Positions 32,566 through 43,505 of a DNA stretch of 64,000 nt are shown here, one piece after another. The notes under the pieces are model-generated. The model did no database searches. It was not told the DNA's origin and saw only the letters and a program-made list of their open reading frames with translations. Positions within the stretch are counted from its first letter, which is position 1. Every line of letters begins with the position of its first letter. Source of the stretch: Candidatus Terraquivivens tengchongensis (GTDB lineage: Archaea > Thermoproteota > Nitrososphaeria_A > Caldarchaeales > Wolframiiraptoraceae); the NCBI GenBank assembly GCA_023261845.1, contig JALNJZ010000002.1, positions 96,001-160,000 on the forward strand, given 5' to 3'. The position numbers were made by a program, and so were the translations under genes.

Positions 32566-32988
32566 ATGAGCTTCAACAGGCGTAGGGTTAGGCTGGAGCT
32601 GTTTGACGAGAATGGCGATAAGGTTACGTTGATATTTGAGGGCAGACTGACAAGAGATAAGATAATACAGCTCGCCGACTTTATCGAACTCTATGGTGGT
32701 GCTGAGGTTACTCAACCACAGGTCGTTGAAGGAAGCAAACTTGTCAAGGTTTTGAAACTCGTTGAGCGGTACTTCCCGTTCAGCTACTTCTCTTCAAAAG
32801 AGGTCCAAAGGCTTTATGAGGCTGAGTACAGAGAGCCCATAAGTCTGAGCACGGTCTCAACATACCTTTCACGTTTAGCTAACAGAGGTGTGCTTGAAAG
32901 GACCGGAGGAGGAAGTCAAGTTAAGTACAGGCTACTCAGACCTTTACACTCAGAGATAGGTGACGTTGAAGCCGAAGGATCTCCATAA
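32566..32988 (+). CDS. Conserved hypothetical protein with C-terminal winged HTH
   Basis: FSSKEVQRLYE...EPISLSTVSTYLSRL..RG.L wHTH pattern. Confidence 0.7.
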   Translation: MSFNRRRVRLELFDENGDKVTLIFEGRLTRDKIIQLADFIELYGGAEVTQPQVVEGSKLVKVLKLVERYFPFSYFSSKEVQRLYEAEYREPISLSTVSTYLSRLANRGVLERTGGGSQVKYRLLRPLHSEIGDVEAEGSP

Positions 32989-32993
32989 TGTTA

Positions 32994-33674
32994 TTACGAG
33001 GCTTTAGATACAACTTCCCTACAGAACGTTATCAGCTCTGTTAAAGATTCAAAGGCCCTTCCTACGTCGCTTGGCTTTATCACAATTATAGTATCCGTAT
33101 AGCAGCTGATTATCTCATCGATGTTTATGCCCCTCCTCGATATCTGTTGTAGGATCGTCGCTATGCATCCAGGGGTACTAGAGACTTCTTTCGGACTTTT
33201 TACTATTATTGCGGCCATGTTCGCATCCTCATAGATTATGTCTTTCGAAAGGAATTTGGAGACTATCTTTTCATGCAGGCTACTATCATAAACTAAAGTA
33301 ACCGTGGACAACCCCTCGAGAACCTGAACAAAGCCCCTTTGATACCTGGATACGATATTCCTTGAAGCTTTAAGGATTTTTGCACTCCTTCTTAGCGAGA
33401 GTCTCGCGACATCTGTCCTGACGTTAACAGTACTTTTTGCAATAACATATGCGACGTTAAACGGTATCGTACTGTAGGTTCCCCTTAACCTTTTTAAAGC
33501 CGTAACTATAGTGTCCAAGCTAACTCTATCCCCAACCAACCTTTCAACGGTAGGTCTCAGAAACCTTGCGATTGCTGACAGGTTTACATAACCTCTCTGA
33601 AGACCGTCCTGGAGCGGGGCATCAACATCAATCAAGTGTCTAACAATTTGGGTTATTGACCTATTTTGGTACAT
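32994..33674 (-). CDS. ACT-domain protein with N-terminal HTH-like region (putative amino-acid-sensing regulator)
   Basis: GYVNLSAIARFL...AL.R N-domain; TPGCIA...GINI.EIISCYTDT ACT domain; start set at MYQNRS. Confidence 0.75.
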   Translation of the reverse strand: MYQNRSITQIVRHLIDVDAPLQDGLQRGYVNLSAIARFLRPTVERLVGDRVSLDTIVTALKRLRGTYSTIPFNVAYVIAKSTVNVRTDVARLSLRRSAKILKASRNIVSRYQRGFVQVLEGLSTVTLVYDSSLHEKIVSKFLSKDIIYEDANMAAIIVKSPKEVSSTPGCIATILQQISRRGINIDEIISCYTDTIIVIKPSDVGRAFESLTELITFCREVVSKAS

Positions 33675-33681
33675 TTTTGTC

Positions 33682-33718
33682 CCAATTTTACCAAAATTGG
33701 ACATAATATATATTATGT
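33682..33718. promoter_or_regulatory. Two abutting palindromes in the divergent ACT-protein/carAB promoter
   Basis: CCAATTTT-ACC-AAAATTGG (33682-33700) and the perfect 18-bp ACATAATATATATTATGT (33701-33718). Confidence 0.6.
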
Positions 33719-33797
33719 GCCGTCCCATCAGAATAATATGGAATGATCCAAACGAACCAACAACATGTCTCCTTAGACTTCTTTTCTGGGGTGGAGG

Positions 33798-34904
33798 GTG
33801 ATGTCTCACAATAAGAAGAAGGCTCTGCTGGTGCTCGAGGATGGGACCGTCGTACACGGTGAGGGGTTTGGGGCTTTAGGCGAAGCGATGGGTGAGTTGG
33901 TTTTTAATACTGGAATGACAGGTTACGTGGAGGCATTAACTGATCCATCGTATGCTGGACAGATTTTAATGATGACTTATCCACTTATCGGGAATTATGG
34001 TGTTTGTAGTGAAGACTACGAATCTGATGGAATAAAAGTAGAGGGTTTCGTGGTTAGGGAGTTATGTGAGACGCCGAGTAACTGGCGTTCAGAGAAATCT
34101 CTATCGGAATTTTTAGAGGAATACGGCATTCCAGGAATTCAAGGCGTCGATACACGAATGCTCACGAGAAAAATCAGAATTTATGGAACGATGAAAAGTA
34201 CGCTTATAGTCTACGAGGGGAACGACGAGCCTGACATCGATGAAGTAATTGAGAGGACGAAAGCACAACCAGCAATAACCGAGTTGGACCTCGTAAACAA
34301 AGTTTCAGTTTCTAAACCGACGTTTATAGAGGGCGGTGGAGACTTAAACGTTGTTTTAATCGATTGTGGAGTTAAGTGGAGTATAATCAGGCTTCTCAGA
34401 GAAAATGCAAACATAACCCTCGTACCTTACAACACTCCAGCCAAAAATATACTTGAATATGACCCTGATGGTGTTTTGATATCGAATGGTCCTGGAGACC
34501 CAGTTAGGGTCAAAGAAACCATAAACACCGCGAAAGAACTTGTAGGTAAGGTGCCTCTTTTCGGCATCTGCCTTGGGCATCAGATAATATCGTTAGCCCT
34601 TGGTGCAAAGACGTTCAAGTTAAAGTTCGGTCATAGGGGAGCAAACCAGCCAGTAAAGGATTTCGAGACTGGAAGGGTCTTCATATCAACCCAAAACCAT
34701 GGTTTCGCAGTTACCAAAGAATCCCTCAAGGATGCTGGGCTAATCCTTACGCAGATTAACCTAAACGATCACACGGTCGAAGGTGTGAAACATAAAGAGC
34801 TACCAATAAAGTCCGTTCAGTATCATCCTGAAGGAGGACCTGGACCCCATGACACGTACTTCTTCTTTGATGATTTTGTAAAAACGATGAAGGAGTATAG
34901 ATAA
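33798..34904 (+). CDS. carA: Carbamoyl-phosphate synthase small subunit
   Basis: VFNTGMTGY...[27 protein letters not shown]. Confidence 0.97.
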   Translation: MMSHNKKKALLVLEDGTVVHGEGFGALGEAMGELVFNTGMTGYVEALTDPSYAGQILMMTYPLIGNYGVCSEDYESDGIKVEGFVVRELCETPSNWRSEKSLSEFLEEYGIPGIQGVDTRMLTRKIRIYGTMKSTLIVYEGNDEPDIDEVIERTKAQPAITELDLVNKVSVSKPTFIEGGGDLNVVLIDCGVKWSIIRLLRENANITLVPYNTPAKNILEYDPDGVLISNGPGDPVRVKETINTAKELVGKVPLFGICLGHQIISLALGAKTFKLKFGHRGANQPVKDFETGRVFISTQNHGFAVTKESLKDAGLILTQINLNDHTVEGVKHKELPIKSVQYHPEGGPGPHDTYFFFDDFVKTMKEYR

Positions 34905-34906
34905 AC

Positions 34907-37900
34907 ATGCCAAAGCGTGAAGATATACGTAAAATCATGATTATCGGCTCCGGCCCTATTGTGATCGGACAGGCATGTGAGTTTGATTATTCAGGGAGCC
35001 AAGCCTGCAAAGCGCTTAAAGAAGAAGGTTACGAAGTCGTATTGGTAAACTCGAACCCAGCAACGATAATGACGGACCCTGAGATGGCTGATAGAATATA
35101 CATCGAACCGTTGACCCCTGAAGTGGTTGCAGAAATAATTAAAAAAGAACTACCTGACGCTCTGCTCCCAACACTTGGAGGCCAGACCGGCCTGAACATA
35201 GCGGCAGAGCTTGCAGAAAGAGGCATTTTGGATGAATACGGTGTCGAACTCATTGGAGCAAAACTGGAAGCCATAAAGAAGGGAGAGGATCGAATACTTT
35301 TCAAAGAGGCTATGGAAAGAATAGGCCTTCCCGTTCCGAGAAGCTTTCCAGCATACTCCGTTGATGAAGCAGTCGAGATAGCCAATGAGCTAGGATATCC
35401 CGTCATCGTTAGACCTGCATACACCTTGGGCGGGACTGGTGGTGGAGTGGCTTACAACAGGGAAGAGCTGGAGCGGATAGTTGCCAGGGGCTTGACTCAT
35501 AGTCGTATAGGGCAAGTTATAATTGACGAATCCCTTATCGGGTGGAAGGAGTACGAGCTTGAAGTTATGAGGGACTTGGCTGATAACGTCGTAATTATTT
35601 GCTCTATAGAGAACATGGACCCGATGGGCATACATACAGGTGACAGCATAACAGTCGCGCCAGCTCAAACGTTAACAGATAAGGAATACCAAACTTTAAG
35701 GAACGCAGCCATAAAAATCATACGCGAGATAGGTGTCGAAACAGGCGGCTCGAACATACAGTTCGCAGTACATCCAGAAAACGGTCATTTTAAGGTCATA
35801 GAGATAAACCCAAGGGTTTCTAGGAGCTCAGCTTTGGCATCAAAGGCAACGGGATATCCTATAGCGAAGGTAGCTGCGAAACTTGCCATCGGCCTGTTAC
35901 TTGACGAAATTCCAAACGACATAACTAAGAAGACACCAGCATCCTTTGAACCAACGATAGACTACGTGGTAGTTAAAGTTCCTAGATGGCCTTTCGACAA
36001 GTTTCCCGAGGCCGATAAAACGCTAACAACACAGATGAAATCCGTCGGTGAGGTGATGGCAATAGGTCGCACCTTTGAGGAGGCTCTACAGAAGGCAATA
36101 AGGTCTCTGGAGATTGGAAGATACGGTTTGGGAGCCGATGGGAAAGATGAGGAAATGCCGGATGTGAAGACTCTTCGTGATTATCTCAGGATTCCTACAC
36201 ATAAGCGGGTATTTTACATCAGGCATGCAATAAAGCTCGGTATGAGCATCGATGAGATTTACGAGCTTACAAAAATCGATAGATGGTTCATTCGGAAGAT
36301 TAAGAACATAGTTGATATGGAGAACGAACTATCAAAGTATACGATTGAAACTATTCCAAAAGAGGTGCTTCGCAAAGCCAAGAAACTTGGCTTCTCGGAC
36401 AAACAAATAGCGTATCTATTGGGAACTGACGAGCTCACGGTCAGGGAGCTTAGAAAGAGAATGGGTATAATGCCTGTCTATAAGATGGTAGATACATGCG
36501 CGGCAGAATTCGAGGCAGAAACGCCGTACTACTACTCATGCTATGATGATGAGGACGAGATACGGAAGACTGAAAAGAAGAAGGTAGTCATACTTGGTTC
36601 AGGGCCCAACAGAATCGGACAGGGTATTGAATTTGACTATTGCTGCGTACACGCTGTTAAGGCATTAAAAGAGGAGGGTTACGAAGTTATAATGGTGAAC
36701 TGTAACCCTGAAACTGTAAGCACAGACTTCGACATTTCAGACAAGCTGTATTTCGAGCCCCTGACGTTCGAAGACGTGATGAACATAATTGAAAAAGAAC
36801 AGCCTGAAGGTGTCATTGTTCAGCTCGGAGGTCAAACTCCTCTGAACTTAGCTATACCTCTAGAGAAGCAGGGTGTAAAGATTCTTGGAACGACTCCAGA
36901 TAACATAGATAGGGCAGAGGACAGGAAGAGGTTTACTGAAGTTTTAGAAAAACTCGGGATACCCCAGCCACCTTATGGAACAGCCATGAACATAGAAGAG
37001 GCAAAGGAAGTTGCTAGAAAGCTTGGCTATCCTGTGCTGGTGAGACCGTCCTACGTCCTCGGGGGAAGAGCCATGGAAATAGTATACGACGAGGAATCCT
37101 TAATCAAGTATGTGAAAGAAGCGATAAAGGTATCGCCGGAACATCCAGTTTTGATAGACAAGTTCCTAGAAGACGCCATAGAAGCCGAAATCGACGCGAT
37201 TTCTGACGGAGAAAATGTGTACATAGGCGACATCATGGAGCACATAGAGGAGGCAGGAGTACATTCAGGAGATGCTGCATGTGTCCTACCACCTTACAGC
37301 CTTAGCAAAGAGGTGATCGAGACGATGAAGGATTACACGCGCAGAATAGCGAAGGAGCTCCACGTGGTAGGTTTAATAAATGTTCAGTTTGCGATAAAGG
37401 ACGGTAAAGTATACGTGTTTGAGGTCAATCCCCGTGCTTCTAGGACTGTACCATTCGTCAGCAAGGCTACCGGTGTGCCGCTGGCAAAGATTGCAGCGAA
37501 ACTTATGGTAGGTCATAGCCTCAGCGAATTTGGTTTGGGAGAGGAACCGGAGGTAAACCATGTAGCTGTGAAAGAAGCAGTTTTTCCCTTTGCAAAGTTG
37601 CCCGGTGTGGATGTTGTACTTGGACCCGAGATGAAGTCTACAGGTGAGGTAATGGGTATTGACAAAGATTTTGGAATAGCGTATTATAAGGCTGAATTGG
37701 CAGCGGATACGCGCTTACCAACCAAAGGGAACGTCTTTATAAGCGTGAGGGATGACGAAAAGATGCGCATAATACCGGTGGCTAAGAAATTAAAGGAATT
37801 AGGCCTAAACATTTTAGCGACAAAGGGGACCGCGGACGTGTTGATTGCCGCTAACATAGACGTTAAAGTAGTCCCAAAAATTGGCGAAGGTCGTCCAGAC

Positions 37901-38149
37901 ATACTTGACTACATAAAATCCGACAAAATAGACCTAATCATAAACGTCCCGAAAGGTAAGGGTTCCAAAGATGACGAGTTCCAAATAAGAAGGGCTGCAG
38001 TAGATCGTAAAATACCATACATAACGACGGTGGCAGCAGCTCAAGCTGCTGTTAAAGCTATTGAGAAAATAAAGAAGGAAGGCTCCTTTACCGTTAAGCC
38101 ATTGCAAGAATATCACACTAGGCTAATTGTAAAGAAAGCAAAAGCGTAA
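34907..38149 (+). CDS. carB: Carbamoyl-phosphate synthase large subunit
   Basis: [17 protein letters not shown], duplicated ATP-grasp domains, [17 protein letters not shown]-terminal MGS domain. Confidence 0.98.
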   Translation: MPKREDIRKIMIIGSGPIVIGQACEFDYSGSQACKALKEEGYEVVLVNSNPATIMTDPEMADRIYIEPLTPEVVAEIIKKELPDALLPTLGGQTGLNIAAELAERGILDEYGVELIGAKLEAIKKGEDRILFKEAMERIGLPVPRSFPAYSVDEAVEIANELGYPVIVRPAYTLGGTGGGVAYNREELERIVARGLTHSRIGQVIIDESLIGWKEYELEVMRDLADNVVIICSIENMDPMGIHTGDSITVAPAQTLTDKEYQTLRNAAIKIIREIGVETGGSNIQFAVHPENGHFKVIEINPRVSRSSALASKATGYPIAKVAAKLAIGLLLDEIPNDITKKTPASFEPTIDYVVVKVPRWPFDKFPEADKTLTTQMKSVGEVMAIGRTFEEALQKAIRSLEIGRYGLGADGKDEEMPDVKTLRDYLRIPTHKRVFYIRHAIKLGMSIDEIYELTKIDRWFIRKIKNIVDMENELSKYTIETIPKEVLRKAKKLGFSDKQIAYLLGTDELTVRELRKRMGIMPVYKMVDTCAAEFEAETPYYYSCYDDEDEIRKTEKKKVVILGSGPNRIGQGIEFDYCCVHAVKALKEEGYEVIMVNCNPETVSTDFDISDKLYFEPLTFEDVMNIIEKEQPEGVIVQLGGQTPLNLAIPLEKQGVKILGTTPDNIDRAEDRKRFTEVLEKLGIPQPPYGTAMNIEEAKEVARKLGYPVLVRPSYVLGGRAMEIVYDEESLIKYVKEAIKVSPEHPVLIDKFLEDAIEAEIDAISDGENVYIGDIMEHIEEAGVHSGDAACVLPPYSLSKEVIETMKDYTRRIAKELHVVGLINVQFAIKDGKVYVFEVNPRASRTVPFVSKATGVPLAKIAAKLMVGHSLSEFGLGEEPEVNHVAVKEAVFPFAKLPGVDVVLGPEMKSTGEVMGIDKDFGIAYYKAELAADTRLPTKGNVFISVRDDEKMRIIPVAKKLKELGLNILATKGTADVLIAANIDVKVVPKIGEGRPDILDYIKSDKIDLIINVPKGKGSKDDEFQIRRAAVDRKIPYITTVAAAQAAVKAIEKIKKEGSFTVKPLQEYHTRLIVKKAKA

Positions 38150-38162
38150 ATTATCTACTTAC

Positions 38163-38882
38163 TTAGGCGGTCCGGTATAACTTTCTGAACGCCTTGTAAA
38201 GTGGTATCGCGATTGCTGTTCCTATTATCGACTGTCCAAGGTTCACGGGTATCTCGGCCAAAGCATAGACGCCCAAGAAGAACTGTTCATAAACGAAGTA
38301 CCCCGAAACCATAAGAAGTCCGCCAAGGAGTAAAGAAAGTATTAACCAGCCTTCGTATCCTTTCTCTTTAACGATGAAGTAAATCGGTGTAGCTACAGCC
38401 GCAGCCGCCAGACCGATCCATGAATAAGGCATGATTGTGAAAATGAATGATTGCGCCCCCCCACCGACCGGGAGTATAGAAACCTCCACTTCGCCGACGA
38501 ATAATGTGATGCCTATCAGAAGTATGAGCACAAAATATCCAGCGACGAGCGTATAGGATGCTACTGCAAGTTGCCATCCGCCCTTTTTCGGAACTTTCTT
38601 AATAAGGTAGCCTACAAGTGCACCTTCTGCTGCTTTTATTAGGAGTGTTGCAGGAGCATAGTAATAGTAGCCTAATGCTAAGTCAGCTAACATGGAACCC
38701 ACGCCGCCAGCAAATGCGGCTATTCCAGGCCCCATCGTAAGTGCCGTAAAGTATATCATCGTTTCACCTAGATTGAAGTAACCTCTGGTGGCTGGTACGT
38801 AAATCGATAGGACCATCGTGGCAACGGCTACCAGCGACGTAAAGACCGCGAGCTTTGCTACGATTATGCTGTAACGTTGCAT
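38163..38882 (-). CDS. ECF transporter S component
   Basis: PATRGYFNLGE, GGVGSMLADL..GY..YAPATL.IK, EIPVNLGQ. Confidence 0.85.
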   Translation of the reverse strand: MQRYSIIVAKLAVFTSLVAVATMVLSIYVPATRGYFNLGETMIYFTALTMGPGIAAFAGGVGSMLADLALGYYYYAPATLLIKAAEGALVGYLIKKVPKKGGWQLAVASYTLVAGYFVLILLIGITLFVGEVEVSILPVGGGAQSFIFTIMPYSWIGLAAAAVATPIYFIVKEKGYEGWLILSLLLGGLLMVSGYFVYEQFFLGVYALAEIPVNLGQSIIGTAIAIPLYKAFRKLYRTA

Positions 38883-38934
38883 AGCGAATTTTTGAGAAAC
38901 AAAATATATAAGTTTCAACCTATATATAGGCTAC

Positions 38935-40404
38935 ATGGTATTTAGGCTTTCATGCATAAAATGCGGAAAACATCTGGAAGAGAAAGAAAACCCGATACGT
39001 TGCCCAAGCTGCGGCGGTCAAGTACTCATCGATTACGATTATGAGCAGCTCTCATCCACTGCAAGCAAGGAGAAACTTGCAAAAACACCTCCGAATATGT
39101 GGAAGTACTCATTCCTTCTACCGCTTGTTGAGAACAGCTTTGTCGTATCCTTAGGCGAGGGCGGTACTTTTCTTCAGAAGGCTGAAAGGTTAGGAGAGGA
39201 GCTTGGAATTAAGAATGTGTATCTGAAGAACGAGACAGTAAACCCCACTGGTTCTTTCTTAGACAGGGGGGTTTCCATAGAGGTCACGAGGGCAAAGAAC
39301 AAGGGTTACAGCAGCGTCAAGTGCGCGAGCAGGGGAAACTTAGGTGCTTCAGCAGCTGCATACTCGGCTAAGGCCGGTTTAGGTTGCACGATTTACACGA
39401 CATTAGGCATCGAGTTAGGTAAGCTTTATCAGGCCATTGTTTGCGGTGCTGAGATAAGCTTTGTCAAGACATGCGACAATGCCATCAGAATGCTGGAACG
39501 TCCATATAAAGGAGAGTATGTAATATCCGTAACGAATCCGTTCTTTCTCGAAGGAATAAAAACTACTGGGTACGAGGTTTGCGAACAACTTGGATGGGCC
39601 CCTCCTGAATTTTTTATCGTACCTGTCGGTGAGGGTGGGCACTTATCAATGATATGGAAAGCTCTGAAGGAGCTAAGTTATGTTGGACTTATAAATGATA
39701 CACACTCAAAGATGCTAGGCGTTCAGGCTAAAAGCTGCTCGCCCATAGTTGATGCATTCGCAAAGAACCTTGACAAACCTGCAAAATCTAAGGATTTTGG
39801 GATGACGTTCCACGACATAGCGGTTAGACAACCCATGCTGGGGGAACTTTGCTTGAAAGCTCTGAGAGAATCGAACGGTTATGCCTTGGCAGTATCCGAG
39901 AGGAGAATACTTGAAGCCACGAGGCTTTTAGCCAAGTGCGAAGGAATTTTTGCTGAACCAGCAGCAGCCTCAACTATAGCAGCCCTTAAGATTGCTTTGG
40001 AAGATAGAATAATAGAAAGGTCCGATAAAGTTGTATGCATAATAACGGGTGCAGGTTTAAAGGATCCAGCAGCCGTCAAGAATCTGATAAAGTGCTCGAG
40101 CATGGGTGCTCCTATAACACTCATGCTCACATCCTCATTAGATAGCCGGTTAGGAAAGACGAAGCGCTTAATACTAAAAATTTTACAAAGACGTCCGAAT
40201 CATGGATATCTTTTATGGAAAACTCTTACGCAAGAATTCGGTTTGACAATCACGCTCCCCTCACTGTATCAACATTTACAGGAGCTTATGGTCGCTGGCT
40301 TGGTAACGGTCACACATGAAGGGGGGCCATCAGAAAGGAAAAAGAAGGTTTACGTTCTGACGAAGAAGGGAGAAGCAATTCTATCATCAAAACTCACGAG
40401 ATAA
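38935..40404 (+). CDS. Threonine synthase-like protein lacking the PLP Lys, fused to a C-terminal PadR-type wHTH
   Basis: Zn ribbon, SLGEGGT, NPTGSFLDRG (L where K is expected), EGIFAEPA, TGAGLKDP; then KRLILKIL...HGY.LWK.L...LYQHLQEL...GLV...KKVY.LT.KG. Confidence 0.85.
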   Translation: MVFRLSCIKCGKHLEEKENPIRCPSCGGQVLIDYDYEQLSSTASKEKLAKTPPNMWKYSFLLPLVENSFVVSLGEGGTFLQKAERLGEELGIKNVYLKNETVNPTGSFLDRGVSIEVTRAKNKGYSSVKCASRGNLGASAAAYSAKAGLGCTIYTTLGIELGKLYQAIVCGAEISFVKTCDNAIRMLERPYKGEYVISVTNPFFLEGIKTTGYEVCEQLGWAPPEFFIVPVGEGGHLSMIWKALKELSYVGLINDTHSKMLGVQAKSCSPIVDAFAKNLDKPAKSKDFGMTFHDIAVRQPMLGELCLKALRESNGYALAVSERRILEATRLLAKCEGIFAEPAAASTIAALKIALEDRIIERSDKVVCIITGAGLKDPAAVKNLIKCSSMGAPITLMLTSSLDSRLGKTKRLILKILQRRPNHGYLLWKTLTQEFGLTITLPSLYQHLQELMVAGLVTVTHEGGPSERKKKVYVLTKKGEAILSSKLTR

Positions 40405-40447
40405 GCTTTATCAGATTTATTAACTGCTTTCCGTCGAGAATAACTGC

Positions 40448-40996
40448 ATGAAGATCGTCGTTGCGATAACAGGAGCCTCAGGCGCACCTATAGCTGAGAG
40501 GTTGTTAGAGGTCCTAAAAGCGGGTAAACACAAGGTCTACTTGATTCTTTCTAAGAAGGGTGAGGCACTCGTTCGGGCCGAAGCGAATTTGGAGAAGGTA
40601 AACTCGTATGCGGATAGAATTTTCTGGGAGGACGAACTCGAAGCCCCACTTTCAAGCGGCTCTTTTCCCATCGATGCTATGGTGGTCGTACCATGTTCCA
40701 TGAAGACGCTTGCAGCAATTGCCAACGGTATTGAGGAAAACTTGATCATAAGGGCAGCACTCGTTTCCCTCAAGCAGAAAAGGAAATTGGTCTTAGTGCC
40801 ACGTGAAACGCCTTTAGCCGAGCCGCACATCATCAACATGCTTAAGGCAGTCAGAGCAGGAGCTGTCATTTTACCGCCAGTTCTAACGTTCTACCATTCG
40901 CCGAAGTCCGTCCAAGACCTTATAGACTTTATAGTCGGGAGGGTGCTAGAAATCCTCGAAATCGAGCACAATTTATACAAAAGGTGGGGAGAATGA
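40448..40996 (+). CDS. ubiX: Flavin prenyltransferase
   Basis: ITGASG, SSGS, PCSMKTLA, VPRETP, PP..TFY..P. Confidence 0.95.
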   Translation: MKIVVAITGASGAPIAERLLEVLKAGKHKVYLILSKKGEALVRAEANLEKVNSYADRIFWEDELEAPLSSGSFPIDAMVVVPCSMKTLAAIANGIEENLIIRAALVSLKQKRKLVLVPRETPLAEPHIINMLKAVRAGAVILPPVLTFYHSPKSVQDLIDFIVGRVLEILEIEHNLYKRWGE

Positions 40997-42291
40997 GGGA
41001 TTTCCTGAATGAGCTTGAGAAGGAAGGAGAACTCATTAACATCGTAAGGCCGGTCTCGACGAAGTTTGAGGCAGCTGCGATAATGAAGAAGCTCGATGGG
41101 AAGCCCGTACTCTTCCACAAGCTCAAGGAGTGCGAAGGATTTAAATTGGTTGCAAACGTCTGCGGCAATAGGAGAATTCTTGCAAAAGCCCTAGGTGTAA
41201 GTGAAAACGCTATACTCAGGAAGTTGAATGATGCCATAGAAAACCCAAGTAAGGGTGAAATCGTTGAGGATGCACCGTGCCAGCAAGTGGTTGATCGAAA
41301 ACCTGACTTGAGAAAGTTACCTTTCCTGATCTTTGGCGAGCATGATGGTGGGCCCTACGCTACTGCCAGCATAATCATTGCTTATGACAGGGAGTATGGC
41401 TTTAACGCCAGCTTCCATAGATTGATGCTCATAGATAGGAATAAGGTTGTTGCTAGAATACTTCCAAGACATCTTGATGAGTTTATACGTAGAGGCAACA
41501 GAAATGTTGCGATAACTTTCGGGAACCATCCTGCTTTCATGATAGCGGCGGCCGTTAGTTGGAAGATAGGTATTAGCGAGTTGGACATAGCAAACTCGTT
41601 AAGAAAGATGAGGTATGCGAGGTGTGTGACGAATGAACTACTCGTGCCCGCAGACTGTGAGGTTGTGATGGAGGGTGTTGTGACGGATGAATTGGCTGAT
41701 GAGGGTCCAATATTCGACATAACGGGTACGTACGATGTTGTAAGGAAGCAAAGGGTCATCGAGATAGAGTGCGTAACGATGAGACGCGACCCAATATTTC
41801 AAGCAATATTGCTGGCGGGTAGCGAGCACAAAACTTTGATGGGTACGCCGAGGGAGGCGACGATCTATAAGGAGGTCGGGAAGGTCTGCGAGTGCCTAGA
41901 CGTCAGACTAACACCTGGTGGTTGTAAGTGGCTTCACGCTGTCGTAAAGATAAAGAAAAGACATGATGATGACGGTAGAAAAGCTATAGAGGCGGCATTT
42001 AGGGGGCATGGTAGCTTAAAACATGTGATCGTAGTTGACGAGGACATAAATATCGATGACCCGGTTGAGTTAGAATGGGCATTAGCAACGAGGGTGCAAC
42101 TGGACAAGCGCTTGGTGCTTAAGCCTAATGAGTACGGCTCCTCTTTAGACCCATCCGCTGACCAATACACCCGGAAGACATGTAAGGCTGGAATAGATGC
42201 TACGCTGCCTTTGGGTGCTGACTTGAAGCTCTTCAAAAAGGCTACAATACCCGGAGAGGAAAGTATAAAGATTGAAGATTACATAAAGTAG
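40993..42291 (+). CDS. UbiD-family prFMN decarboxylase, probably anhydromevalonate phosphate decarboxylase
   Basis: UbiD motifs (N.SFHRL, EGP..D.TG.YD, VVDEDI.I.DP..LEWALATR, SLDPS); adjacent to aconitase X genes. Confidence 0.88.
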   Translation: MRDFLNELEKEGELINIVRPVSTKFEAAAIMKKLDGKPVLFHKLKECEGFKLVANVCGNRRILAKALGVSENAILRKLNDAIENPSKGEIVEDAPCQQVVDRKPDLRKLPFLIFGEHDGGPYATASIIIAYDREYGFNASFHRLMLIDRNKVVARILPRHLDEFIRRGNRNVAITFGNHPAFMIAAAVSWKIGISELDIANSLRKMRYARCVTNELLVPADCEVVMEGVVTDELADEGPIFDITGTYDVVRKQRVIEIECVTMRRDPIFQAILLAGSEHKTLMGTPREATIYKEVGKVCECLDVRLTPGGCKWLHAVVKIKKRHDDDGRKAIEAAFRGHGSLKHVIVVDEDINIDDPVELEWALATRVQLDKRLVLKPNEYGSSLDPSADQYTRKTCKAGIDATLPLGADLKLFKKATIPGEESIKIEDYIK

Positions 42292-42323
42292 CTAAAGACA
42301 GTAAAACCAATGGTGCAATCAAA

Positions 42324-43505
42324 ATGTATCTTTCAAAAGATGAAGAACGCATGCTGGTTGGCGAATTCGGATACGCCATGCAAAAGGCTATGGAGATACT
42401 CATAGCGCTTGGAAAAATTTACGACGCCGAGAAGCTAATTCCCATAACGAGCGCCCACATATCAGGCGTATCTTATGCCAACGTGGGCGAAGATGGACTA
42501 GAGTTTTTAGAAGAACTCGCATCTGATGGTAAAGTTCTCGTAAAGACGACACTCAATCCTGCAGGCATGGATTTGGACAGATGGAGCTTAATGGGTATTG
42601 ATAGAGAATTCGCGGAGAATCAGCTAAGGGTGATAGACGTCTACAGAAAGATGGGTGTAGAGGTAACCTGCACGTGTACGCCATACCTTGTCAACAACAT
42701 GCCCAAACTAGGCGACCACGTCGCATGGAGTGAAAGTTCGGCAGTAGTTTACGCAAATTCCGTCATAGGTGCTAGGACAAATAGGGAGAGCGGAATGAGC
42801 GCTTTGGCGGCAGCAATAACTGGTAGGACACCTCTTTATGGTCTACACATTAAGGATAACCGTCAACCGACTGTAGAGGTTAGGGTACCGCAGCCAGATG
42901 GAGAGTTCGGGTTTGCTTGTCTCGGTATGGTCATTGGAAGGCTTGTTGGCGATGGTATGCCCTTCATCAAGGGTATGTTTCATGCTGAGCCGGATGAATT
43001 AAAGGCGTTGGGCGCTGCGTTGGCTAGTGTCGGTGGTGTGCCCATGTTTCACATAGAGGGCATAACACCCGAGGCTAATGAATACACAGATCAGTCTATG
43101 GAGAAGCTCGTCGTTACAGAGGCTGACATAATGAGCATCAAGAAGGAGTATACAAGCGAGGCGGATCCGGACTTAATATTTCTTGGATGCCCTCATCTCT
43201 CACTTACAGAGCTTAAGAAGATCGCATCGGTTTTGATTGGAAAAAAGGTCAGAAAAAAACTCTGGTTATGTTGCTCTAAACACGTCAAATTGGAGGCGGA
43301 CAAGTTGGGCATAACACGGGCCTTAGAGGCTGCTGGTGCTACAATTGTATGTGATACTTGCCCGATAGTTGCACCCGTAAGGGATTTGGGCATATCAGTC
43401 GTTGCTACAAACTCGGCTAAAGGAGCATGGTACTCAAGAAACTTAAACAATTTTTCTGTGAAATTGCTCTCGACGGAAGAATGCCTCAGGGAAGCGACCG
43501 AATGA
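42324..43505 (+). CDS. Aconitase X catalytic subunit, probably phosphomevalonate dehydratase large subunit
   Basis: HISGVSY, TCTCTPY, WSESSAV..ANSV.GARTNRE, GCPH, DTC, TNSAK. Confidence 0.9.
   Translation: MYLSKDEERMLVGEFGYAMQKAMEILIALGKIYDAEKLIPITSAHISGVSYANVGEDGLEFLEELASDGKVLVKTTLNPAGMDLDRWSLMGIDREFAENQLRVIDVYRKMGVEVTCTCTPYLVNNMPKLGDHVAWSESSAVVYANSVIGARTNRESGMSALAAAITGRTPLYGLHIKDNRQPTVEVRVPQPDGEFGFACLGMVIGRLVGDGMPFIKGMFHAEPDELKALGAALASVGGVPMFHIEGITPEANEYTDQSMEKLVVTEADIMSIKKEYTSEADPDLIFLGCPHLSLTELKKIASVLIGKKVRKKLWLCCSKHVKLEADKLGITRALEAAGATIVCDTCPIVAPVRDLGISVVATNSAKGAWYSRNLNNFSVKLLSTEECLREATE

Noticed and set aside
40448-42291. ubiX/ubiD as ubiquinone biosynthesis
   Set aside because: Linkage to both aconitase X subunits fits the archaeal mevalonate pathway better.
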